A stretch of 61,871 bases of DNA, filler included. It is 6 parts of 6 records of this genome, joined end to end, with 100 filler letters (N's around TTAATTAATTAA, not from the genome) between each part and the next. Parts side by side here need not be neighbours in the genome. Positions count along the whole stretch, not along the records: positions 1 to 16,802 come from SRR31156797_3373; positions 16,903 to 24,862 come from SRR31156797_3374; 4 more parts are not named here. The stretch is one strand, 5' to 3'. Positions 10,436 through 19,428 of the stretch are shown here, piece by piece. The notes beneath the pieces are model-generated. The model worked only from the letters and a program-made list of their open reading frames with translations, did not search any database and was not told the origin of the DNA. The position numbers and the translations under genes were made by a program. Positions within the stretch are counted from its first letter, which is position 1. Every line of letters starts with the position of its first letter.

Positions 10436-11642
10436 GTGGAAGGAAGTTGGACTTGGAGAATTATGTGACGTTCGGGACGGAACACATGATTCACCGAAAG
10501 AGGTTACTCATGGTAAAAAACTTATAACTTCTAGACATATTAAAGGAGGGAAAATAGATTTTGGAACTGCTTATGAAATCTCTTTTGAGGATTATGAGTT
10601 TGTGAATAGGAGAAGTAAAGTAGATCAATTTGACGTTCTATTCTCAATGATAGGCACAATCGCAGAAACAGTTGTGGTTGATTTCAAGCCTGACTTTGCC
10701 ATTAAAAATGTGGGTTTGTTTAAAACAGGAGGTGATGAAAACCTAGCCAAATGGGTATACTACTATTTAAAGTCTACTGAGGCTAAAGCAGAAATTTATG
10801 CTTCGTTAAAAGGATCAACTCAACAATACATTACACTTGGTGATTTAAGAAAATTCCCAATTAAATTTCCTGATGAGTCAGTTAGGAGCAAAATCATTGA
10901 AGTCCTTTCCAGCTTAGACGACAAAATAGACCTGCTGCACCGCCAAAACCAAACCCTGGAGCATATGGCGGAGACACTGTTTCGGCAGTGGTTTGTGGAG
11001 GAAGCGGATGATAATTGGGAAGTATTACAATTACAGGATATTGCAGAAGTGAAAAATGGTTTTGCTTTTAGTAGCAAGTCATATGTTGATTATTCACCCG
11101 AGCATTTGGAAGTCTTAAAAATGGGGCATATCGAAAAAGGTGGTGGTTTGCGGACCAACCCCAAAAGAGATTATGCCCCAAGAGAAGAACGACTTGAAAG
11201 GTATATTTTAGATAAAGGGGACATTGTAATGGCAATGACAGACATGAAAGACAATGTTGTCATTTTAGGTGTTCCGGCTATAATTGATGAAAGTGGCAGA
11301 TACGTTCTTAATCAACGTGTAGCAAGAATCTCTTTAAAAAATAGAGACAGCTTAATAAATGAGTATCTGCTTTATGTGCAGCTTAAAGACCCTGATTTTA
11401 TTGCTGAATTACAAAGTAAAGCAAACAGTGGAGTACAAGTTAATTTGTCTACAGCATCAATAAAGGAAAGTGAAATACTTATACTGCCAATGGAATTGCA
11501 ACTTGAGAAAGGCAACTCTATTACGGACTTATACTTGAAGAAAGAGTATAACGACAAGCAAATAAAAAGTTTAACCAAACTGAGAGACACATTACTTCCT
11601 AAATTGATGAGCGGTGAAATCCGATTATTTGAAAATGGATAA
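10428..11642 (+). CDS. hsdS: type I restriction-modification specificity subunit S
   Basis: two TRDs; conserved spacer [30 protein letters not shown]-terminal [13 protein letters not shown]. Confidence 0.93.
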   Translation: MSEWKEVGLGELCDVRDGTHDSPKEVTHGKKLITSRHIKGGKIDFGTAYEISFEDYEFVNRRSKVDQFDVLFSMIGTIAETVVVDFKPDFAIKNVGLFKTGGDENLAKWVYYYLKSTEAKAEIYASLKGSTQQYITLGDLRKFPIKFPDESVRSKIIEVLSSLDDKIDLLHRQNQTLEHMAETLFRQWFVEEADDNWEVLQLQDIAEVKNGFAFSSKSYVDYSPEHLEVLKMGHIEKGGGLRTNPKRDYAPREERLERYILDKGDIVMAMTDMKDNVVILGVPAIIDESGRYVLNQRVARISLKNRDSLINEYLLYVQLKDPDFIAELQSKANSGVQVNLSTASIKESEILILPMELQLEKGNSITDLYLKKEYNDKQIKSLTKLRDTLLPKLMSGEIRLFENG

Positions 11643-12279
11643 ACTAAGGAAGGTCATAGAAGAACATCCTGATTGGGATTTTTTAGGCGATTACGTTGAG
11701 CGAATAGTCACCTATAAGGAACTGGACTTTAGCCTTTCTTTTGAAAATGCGAAAGCCCTTCTGGAATCTACTGGTAAGGAGATTTGTCGTAAAGGAGGTA
11801 CTGATTTAAAGAAGAATTCTACTCTAAACGGGGTTATGAAGCAAGCGTTTAGTTCCTTAGGATTTACAAAAAGTGATATGATTAGACAGGTGTCAACTTC
11901 ATTAGCAACAATTGGTCAACAGATTGGCAACTTAAGAAATGATATTGGTTCGACAAGTCATGGAAAATCTGCTGATGAGATAAGGGACCGAAACAATAAA
12001 ATTGACAGTCTATCAAAAGACTTTTTAATTGATTCTATCGAAATAGTCTGCCTTTACCTAATAAGAAACAGTGAACTAAAAATTAATAACACGCCAACAA
12101 CTGGAACAGATTTAGACGTGCCTTATGCAAATGACAGCATGTTTAATAGTTGGTGGGATGAACAATTTGGTGAGTTCGAAATGGGAGTCTATTCCTACCC
12201 TGCAAGTGAGATTCTATTCAATGTAGATAAACAAGCCTATGTAAACGAATACAAAGCATACACCGAAACAGAAGAATGA
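11635..12279 (+). CDS. abortive-infection C-terminal (Abi_C / HEPN-like) protein
   Basis: ENAKALLES..K.I and LRNDIGSTSHG (R-N-x-H HEPN-like motif); overlaps both hsdS and hsdR. Confidence 0.7.
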   Translation: MDKLRKVIEEHPDWDFLGDYVERIVTYKELDFSLSFENAKALLESTGKEICRKGGTDLKKNSTLNGVMKQAFSSLGFTKSDMIRQVSTSLATIGQQIGNLRNDIGSTSHGKSADEIRDRNNKIDSLSKDFLIDSIEIVCLYLIRNSELKINNTPTTGTDLDVPYANDSMFNSWWDEQFGEFEMGVYSYPASEILFNVDKQAYVNEYKAYTETEE

Positions 12280-15200
12280 CAAGAATAACTGAACATAGTA
12301 TAGAAGATTTTGCCATCAAACTGTTAGAGCATTTGGGTTATGAATACATCTACGCCCCAAGCATTGCCCATGATGGCGAAAATCCAGAGCGGAGTTCATA
12401 CGAAGAAATCCTGCTCACCCATCGCATGGCAGAAGCGGTACGAAGAATAAATCCTACCGTGCCGCCTGCTTCACAGGAAGAAGCTATCAAAGAGATTCAA
12501 CGTATTCATTCGCCAGAATTATTGACCAATAATGAAAGCTTTCATCGCTTATTTACTGAAGGCATCAAAGTGAGCTATCAAAAAGATGGACACCAAAGAG
12601 GTGATTTAGTATGGCTAATCGACTTCAATACACCTGAAAACAATGATTTTATTGTTGCCAATCAGTTTATGGTGGTAGAAGATGGCGTAAACAAACGCCC
12701 TGATGTTATTCTGTTTGTCAACGGTATTCCTTTGGTGGTAATTGAACTCAAAAATGCAGCAGATGAAAACGCCACCATTAAATCTGCTTTCCGGCAGATA
12801 GAAACTTACAAAGCCGTTATTCCAAGTCTGTTTACTTATAATGCATTAACGATTATTTCGGACGGATTGGAAGCCAAAGCAGGAACGCTTTCATCGGGCA
12901 TGAGCCGTTTTATGGCTTGGAAATCAGCAGACGGCAAAGAAGAAGCATCGCACTTGGTGAGCCAAATGGAAACGCTCATCAATGGCATGCTCAACAAAGA
13001 AACCTTGCTGGATTTGGTTAGGCATTTCATTGTGTTTGAAAAGTCGAAAAAGGAAGATGCGAAAACAGGTGTCACCACTATTTCAACCGTTAAGAAATTA
13101 GCTGCTTATCATCAATACTATGCCGTGAACCGAGCCGTGGAATCGGCTATGCGTGCCACAGGACACACTATAGAAAAAGAAACGCCAACCAGTATGGTGA
13201 TGGAATCACCAGAAAGCTATGGTGTGGCTGGTGTAAAATCACAAATTAAAGGTGACCGAAAAGGTGGTGTAGTTTGGCATACCCAAGGAAGCGGTAAATC
13301 CCTTTCCATGGTGTTCTTCACAGGCAAAATCGTGTTGGCTTTGGACAATCCTACCGTTGTAGTCATCACCGACCGTAACGATTTGGACGACCAACTCTTT
13401 GACACATTTGCTTCTTCCACTCAGTTATTGCGTCAAGAACCCAAGCAGATAGAAAACCGAAACGACTTAAAGGTAAAATTGCAAGTCGCTTCAGGTGGCG
13501 TGATTTTTACCACCATTCAAAAGTTCTCGCCTGAAGAAGGCAACGTATATGAAACGCTTTCTGAACGAGAAAACATTGTGGTGATTGCCGATGAAGCACA
13601 CAGAACCCAATACGGTTTCAAAGCCAAAACAGTAGATGAGAAAGACGAGCATGGCAATGTGATTGGAAAGAAAACCGTGTATGGGTTTGCTAAGTACATG
13701 CGTGATGCTTTGCCCAATGCTACTTATATCGGTTTTACTGGAACACCAATTGAAAGTACCGATGTAAACACACCTGCCGTTTTCGGAAACTACATTGACG
13801 TCTATGATATTGCTCAGGCAGTTGAAGACGGAGCAACGGTTCGCATTTACTACGAAAGCCGTCTGGCTAAAGTGAACCTAAGCGAAGAAGGCAAAAAGCT
13901 GGTAGAGGAACTGGATGATGAGTTGGACGGTGAAGAACTCACCGAAACCCAAAAAGCCAAAGCCAAATGGACGCAGTTGGAAGCATTAATTGGCAGTGAA
14001 AACAGAATCAGGAATGTAGCCAACGACATCATTCAACATTTTGGCCAACGCCAAGAAGTATTTGAAGGCAAGGGAATGATTGTGGCCATGTCAAGAAGGA
14101 TTGCCGCTGACTTGTATGCCGAAATCATCAAACTAAAACCTGAATGGCATTCTGATGATTTGGACAAAGGCGTGATTAAAGTGGTGATGACTTCTTCATC
14201 TTCCGATGGACCAAAAATTGCCAAACATCATACTACCAAGCAACAGCGAAGAACCCTTGCCGACCGAATGAAAGACCCAGACGATGAGTTGAAACTGGTG
14301 ATTGTTCGGGATATGTGGCTTACTGGTTTTGATGCACCAAGCATGCACACGCTTTACATCGACAAACCGATGAAAGGTCACAACCTGATGCAAGCCATTG
14401 CAAGGGTAAACCGAGTTTACAAAGACAAGCCTGGCGGTTTGGTCGTGGATTATTTGGGTATCGCTTCTGATTTGAAAAAAGCACTATCGTTCTATTCAGA
14501 TGCAGGTGGAAAAGGCGACCCAACCATTGCCCAAGCCCAAGCCGTTGAATTGATGCTTGAAAAACTGGAAGTGGTTTCGCAGATGTACAGCGGTTTTCCA
14601 TATGAAGATTATTTCCAAGCAGAAACAGGACAAAAGCTTTCCATGATTCTGGCAGCCGAAGAACACATTCTCGGACTGGAAGACGGTAAGAAAAGATACA
14701 TCAATGAAGTAACTGCCTTATCCAAAGCCTTTGCGATTGCCGTTCCGCATGAGCAAGCGATGGACGTGAAAGATGAAGTTTCATTTTTCCAAGCCGTAAA
14801 AGCACGGTTAGCAAAGTTTGACGGAACAGGTTCAGGGAGAACAGATGAAGAAATTGAGACCACCATTCGCCAAGTCATAGATCAAGCCTTGGTTTCGGAA
14901 CAGGTGATTGATGTCTTTGATGCGGCAGGAATTAAGAAACCAGACATTTCCATTCTATCCGAAGACTTCTTGATGGAACTCAAAGGGATGGAACACAAGA
15001 ATGTGGCGCTGGAAGTTTTGAAGAAACTGCTCAACGATGAAATAAAGGCACGTTCTAAAAAGAACTTGGTTAAGAGTAAGTCGCTCAAAGAAATGTTGGA
15101 GAATTCTATCAAGAAATACCACAACAAAATTTTGACGGCTGCTGAAGTGATGGACGAACTCATTAAGCTGAGTAAGGAAATCGTAAACATGGACAGTGAA

Positions 15201-15503
15201 GCCAAAAAGCTTGGACTGACTGACTTTGAATATGCGTTCTATACTGCAGTAGCCAACAACGATTCCGCCAAACAACTCATGCAGCAAGAAAAGCTGAGAG
15301 AACTGGCGGTGATTTTGACCGAAAGAGTAAAGAAAAACGCATCCATCGACTGGACAATTAAGGAAAGTGTAAGAGCGAAATTGAAAGTAATCATCAAACG
15401 GACATTGAGACAATACGGCTATCCACCAGACATGCAAAAACTGGCGACAGAAACCGTTTTAAAACAAGCGGAGATGATTGCGAAAGAATTAACAACAGAC
15501 TAA
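12276..15503 (+). CDS. hsdR: type I restriction endonuclease subunit R
   Basis: RPDVILFVNGIPLVVIELKN nuclease; WHTQGSGKS, DEAHR, GFTGTP, MWLTGFD, LMQAIARVNR helicase motifs. Confidence 0.95.
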   Translation: MTRITEHSIEDFAIKLLEHLGYEYIYAPSIAHDGENPERSSYEEILLTHRMAEAVRRINPTVPPASQEEAIKEIQRIHSPELLTNNESFHRLFTEGIKVSYQKDGHQRGDLVWLIDFNTPENNDFIVANQFMVVEDGVNKRPDVILFVNGIPLVVIELKNAADENATIKSAFRQIETYKAVIPSLFTYNALTIISDGLEAKAGTLSSGMSRFMAWKSADGKEEASHLVSQMETLINGMLNKETLLDLVRHFIVFEKSKKEDAKTGVTTISTVKKLAAYHQYYAVNRAVESAMRATGHTIEKETPTSMVMESPESYGVAGVKSQIKGDRKGGVVWHTQGSGKSLSMVFFTGKIVLALDNPTVVVITDRNDLDDQLFDTFASSTQLLRQEPKQIENRNDLKVKLQVASGGVIFTTIQKFSPEEGNVYETLSERENIVVIADEAHRTQYGFKAKTVDEKDEHGNVIGKKTVYGFAKYMRDALPNATYIGFTGTPIESTDVNTPAVFGNYIDVYDIAQAVEDGATVRIYYESRLAKVNLSEEGKKLVEELDDELDGEELTETQKAKAKWTQLEALIGSENRIRNVANDIIQHFGQRQEVFEGKGMIVAMSRRIAADLYAEIIKLKPEWHSDDLDKGVIKVVMTSSSSDGPKIAKHHTTKQQRRTLADRMKDPDDELKLVIVRDMWLTGFDAPSMHTLYIDKPMKGHNLMQAIARVNRVYKDKPGGLVVDYLGIASDLKKALSFYSDAGGKGDPTIAQAQAVELMLEKLEVVSQMYSGFPYEDYFQAETGQKLSMILAAEEHILGLEDGKKRYINEVTALSKAFAIAVPHEQAMDVKDEVSFFQAVKARLAKFDGTGSGRTDEEIETTIRQVIDQALVSEQVIDVFDAAGIKKPDISILSEDFLMELKGMEHKNVALEVLKKLLNDEIKARSKKNLVKSKSLKEMLENSIKKYHNKILTAAEVMDELIKLSKEIVNMDSEAKKLGLTDFEYAFYTAVANNDSAKQLMQQEKLRELAVILTERVKKNASIDWTIKESVRAKLKVIIKRTLRQYGYPPDMQKLATETVLKQAEMIAKELTTD

Positions 15504-15508
15504 GAAAT

Positions 15509-15606
15509 GCCAACGCTCAACAGCCACACACATTGCCAAGCCGCTCAAAGCAACCGCACTAGCCAAAGCTTGTCAAAGAGTGTGTCTGAGCCAACGCACG
15601 GACGAA
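15509..15606 (+). repeat. structured repeat copy 2 (GCCAACGC-flanked hairpin)
   Basis: GCCAACGC at 15509 and 15590; imperfect stems CACAC/GTGTG and TTGCCAAGC/GCTTGTCAA with the same ACA/AGA internal loop as copy 1. Confidence 0.55.
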
Positions 15607-15622
15607 AAAAGAAAAAGTACGA

Positions 15623-15758
15623 CCGCACAACATTGTGTATAAGCAATAGCGGGTTTAGTGCTATTTCGAAATGTAAAACTATAAATCAAAGGTCGGTGCT
15701 ATCTGACAGTTCAGTGGTTTAAATCCGCTACTGCTCATACACCGGACCGTTACCATTC
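15623..15758 (+). other. attC-like recombination site (long imperfect inverted repeat)
   Basis: CCGCACAAC ... GTGTATAAGCAATAGCGGGTTTA (15635-57) / TAAATCCGCTACTGCTCATACAC (15720-42), 20/23 complementary ... GTTACCATTC. Confidence 0.75.
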
Positions 15759-15771
15759 ATTTAAAACGACG

Positions 15772-16761
15772 ATGAAACTAACAATTTACATAACGTTACT
15801 ATTCTTTTCATTCCAGGCATTTGGACAGAAAAAGCCATTTCGAGAGAATATCGAAACTGACTCTTCAACGATTGAAATAATTAGGAATTCAGTTTACAGA
15901 TGTTATTATGAGACTTACAAGTTTAAAGATTCGATTTGGACTAACATTACATTCATAGATGATACGACTCAACTTAATACTGAGGGGTGGAAAACAAAAT
16001 CAAAAAAATATTTAGGCATTTAGAAAGAATATAACAGACAAGGTGAATTAATGTATACATGGAATCATGAGACTGGAGTATGTGAAGTTAATAAGACACT
16101 TTATCCACATCATGATTTGCTTGAGCAAATGAAACTAAAAGCAGACAGCTTAATAATATCAGCTTATAGTCAAGAGTTTTTTGATAATCATGTAAGATTT
16201 GAAAATGATGGGTCCTCTTATGATAAAGATGGTTATGTTGGTAGTTGGACAGAACCTTTTAAACGAAAACCAACAGAATTTCTTTTTAGATATAGTGTCA
16301 AACTTGCAACATCTGATTGGTATACTGAGATGATTGTAATAAATTTAGATTCATTGGGGCGTTACATACCAAGCATTGATGATAGATGGAATAGATATGG
16401 ATTTGAAGAAGTAATGGGAGATAAAAAAACATTTAATATTGATATTCAAAAAGCAACGGAAATTGCTCAAACTCATGGATTAGTGTTCACTGACACAAGT
16501 GATATATCAGAATTCTTGACATGGGAGAACTTTAAAAAACAGACATTCTATAATGGACAGTTCCGATATTATATAACTGAATTAACGGGTAAAGAGGAAT
16601 ACACGGAAGGAAATGACAGAAAAGGAATAATATTTAGATTTAATGTATATTCTTTTAATCCTTGGACTGGAGAATTTATTGAAAAGAAAAAGATGAAATC
16701 AAGACGTGAGTGGGGAAAGCACAGTGGACATTCAACTGGATTAATGCCTGACAATAAATAA
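15772..16761 (+). pseudogene. secreted hypothetical cassette protein interrupted by an in-frame TAG at 16021
   Basis: ORFs 15772-16023 and 16051-16761 are in the same frame; read-through gives YLGI*KEYNRQGELMY (probably TGG>TAG); N-terminal signal peptide. Confidence 0.7.
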
Positions 16762-16766
16762 AAAAC

Positions 16767-16776
16767 GAATGGTAAC
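16767..16776 (+). other. left (AAC) end of the next attC-like site
   Basis: GAATGGTAAC is the exact reverse complement of GTTACCATTC (15749-15758), 5 nt after the cassette gene stop. Confidence 0.7.
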
Positions 16777-16802
16777 AACTAAGCGTCCTGCCTGGTTGCA
16801 AA

Positions 16803-16902
16803 NNNNNNNNNNNNNNNNNNNNNNNNNNNNNNNNNNNNNNNNNNNNTTAATTAATTAANNNNNNNNNNNNNNNNNNNNNNNNNNNNNNNNNNNNNNNNNN
16901 NN
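16803..16902. other. artificial contig linker
   Basis: N-run + TTAATTAATTAA + N-run. Confidence 0.98.
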
Positions 16903-18069
16903 AAGAGGATTCTGTCGAAACAACCGCTGCGTCCGCTCCTTATCGTTGTAATAGCCGGGTCCCACGCAAGGGCCCGAGAGCAACAATTCGCCGCGCGTCC
17001 CCTCCTCGACCGGGCGACAGTCTGCGTCGACGATAATTCCGGAGAAATCGGGAGTCAAGCGGCCCAGGGGGGGATATCCTTCCAGACATCTGAAATCTTC
17101 TTCGACCATGCGGTGTGCTGCGCAGATGCAAGTGCATTCCGTCGGGCCGTACATGTTGACGATATCGGCCCGGTCCGCAAAAAGGTCAAACAGCTTTTTC
17201 AGTCGCGGCATGGGATATCCTTCTCCGCCGAAGATGAATCGGTTTACGTCCGGCAACACATCAGGTTCAAGCAGACGCATGCTGTCCAGGTACATCAGAA
17301 CCGAAGGGACCGAGAACCAGGAGGTGCAGCCGCGCCTGGCCGTCTCCTCAACCAGAACCAGCGGGTTTTGGGCTTCTTCCCGGGTAAAGGGCGCCAGCGT
17401 GGCGCCGGCAAAGACCGCGGCGTAAAAATCGAATACCGAACCGTCGAAGCAGAGGAAGTTGATTCCGGTCAGCACGTCTCCGGGGCCGAAAGAAAAGTAA
17501 TCCCGACACCAGGCAATCAGCCGCAACAGGTTTTGGTGTGTGATGACGGCCCCTTTGGGAAAACCTGTCGTCCCGGAGGTAAAAGTGATGTAGGCCGGCA
17601 CGCCTCCGTGGGGCCCCGGCAGAGACAGCGATCGTGGGGCGCAGCCTGAAGCGGCGGCTTCAAACGCCTCGATTGAGGCCATCTTCAAGCGGAATTTCTC
17701 ACCGACGTCCGCCAACCCTCTCTCGAAAAGCCTTTCTTCCGCAACGAGCAGAGCGGGTTCGCAGGCTTGGATCATCTTTCGCTGTCTGTCCAAGGGACTC
17801 TCGAAATCGAGAAAAACATGGGGAGCACCGAGGTTCAGGCTGGCCAGTTGCAGAGCATAGAGAGCTGAGCTCTTTTCCGCGCAAACCCAGATCACGTCCC
17901 CTTGACAGATGCCTGAGTCGGCGAGCAAAGTCGCCATCTTCAACGAGTTTTCCAGTAGCTCTTCGTAAGTCAGAGTGGCTGACTTGAGACGGAGAGCGGG
18001 ACGCTTCCTGTTGCGATTGGCAACGTCGATGAACAGTTGAAATAGATTTCCCTGGCTCATGGAAGGCAT
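16903..18069 (-). CDS. amino acid adenylation domain protein (DltA/NRPS-like), 3' truncated by contig end
   Basis: LTYEEL, YITFTSGTTGFPKG, FDGSV, NMYGPTECT, GELLLSGPCVGPGYY. Confidence 0.85.
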
Positions 18070-18145
18070 TTTCGGCTATTGAGTGATCAATTGCACTTTC
18101 ATCGGTTTGCCTCTGCAGCGTTCTTATCCGCGCAACACTGTAAAT

Positions 18146-18403
18146 CTAAATATTATATTTTTCTAAGACAGACCTCAAGTCACTGTCAAGGGGAGAGGTT
18201 TGCGTTGTCCGCACAAGGGAGCGTATTTGCTCGATTCGGCCAGCCCATACATGGCCAAGAGCCATTGCCATCATTACGGCGGTGACAAAGCCAACGCTTG
18301 TTTGCATCTTGGCTTTGCCGCGTATGTAATGTTTCTCAAAACCAAAATCATTCACAATATTCTCATCGGGTAGATTATCGCGCACCAGATGGAAACGGTT
18401 CAA
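18146..18403 (-). mobile_element. C-terminal remnant of a DDE transposase
   Basis: NDFGFEKHYIRGKAKM...GF..AVMMAMALG resembles the C-terminus of IS4/IS1182-like DDE transposases; no intact N-terminus. Confidence 0.5.
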
Positions 18404-18787
18404 ATCAGAGTCTGTCTCGACATCCTTCCACGAAAAAAAGTAACGGACTCACTGCTGTCATGTTTTTGCCCCCATCAAATATTTGATCCTGTAACTTGAT
18501 GACGACATTATACAATATTCTGTTGTAAATTCAATCTTTTCCGGTGAATTTTTCGTTAATCCGGGGGGGACCCTTCCGGGGTCACGATCACCTGAATGCA
18601 TCCGTTTGCAGAATAGTGAGATCCATACGATTAGGTTTTTCATTTTGTTTTCCCTGCCGTTTGCAACCGTATCCTTAAAAATTTTGACCATGCAAAAAAA
18701 TCCGAACCTCTTTACCATAAATTTTGGGGTATGAAAACGTTTAACGCCGGTAAAAAACGGATATCGAGGACCCGATGAATTTTTTTC

Positions 18788-19381
18788 CTAATGGCAAGAC
18801 TCAACATACCCGTTTCTATGGATTCTGGGTTCTTTGCGGGGAGGGGTCTTGCTGGCCCCTCCGGGTGTTCCCATGGGAATAATCCCTACGATGTCAAGGT
18901 TGTCCGGAATATTCAGAACCGGACGCAGTTTTTCGGACCTGAAGAATGTAAACCAGAGTGCACCCAGTCCCATATCCGCGCAAGCAAGGAGCATATTTTG
19001 AACACAGGCTGAACCCGCCTGCATGGCCCCGTATTCCTGGCCAAAATAGCGACCCAAACCGCCGCGCGACGGATCGAAAACCACCACCACCAAAAGGGGC
19101 GCTTCCCTCAGAAAATCCATTTCATACCCTGTCGCCCATGCGGGGCCTTCCTTCTCCTTGACTTCCCCTTTGGCATCTTCACCGACCCTATGGATTTGAG
19201 CTTTGAGTTGGGGATCATCAATGAGAATGAATTCCCACGGCTGCAAATTCAGGGGGCTGGGAGCCCATCGACCGGCTTCCAGAATACTTGCCAGTTGAGA
19301 CTCGGAAGGGGTTGCTGTTTCAAAGGATCGGACACTCCTTCGTACTTTTACCAGTTTTTCGAATTCCATAAGGCTCCTCAT
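18788..19381 (-). CDS. nitroreductase family protein
   Basis: RRSVRSF, APSPLNLQPWEF, QNMLLAC..MGLG..W. Confidence 0.9.
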   Translation of the reverse strand: MRSLMEFEKLVKVRRSVRSFETATPSESQLASILEAGRWAPSPLNLQPWEFILIDDPQLKAQIHRVGEDAKGEVKEKEGPAWATGYEMDFLREAPLLVVVVFDPSRGGLGRYFGQEYGAMQAGSACVQNMLLACADMGLGALWFTFFRSEKLRPVLNIPDNLDIVGIIPMGTPGGASKTPPRKEPRIHRNGYVESCH

Positions 19382-19428
19382 CGTATACGCGGTTGGTCAG
19401 ATTTTCCCTTACTTCACTCCCCGGGCGA

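Noticed and set aside
15507-15722. 71-aa ORF after hsdR
   Set aside because: It overlaps the structured repeat and the attC-like hairpin; likely spurious.
16021-16023. Amber codon as pyrrolysine or stop-codon reassignment
   Set aside because: Another gene on this contig (ftsE) ends in TAG and no pyl genes are seen; a point mutation or error is simpler.
16847-16858. TTAATTAATTAA motif repeated five times in the window
   Set aside because: Artificial all-frame-stop linker embedded in N-runs.
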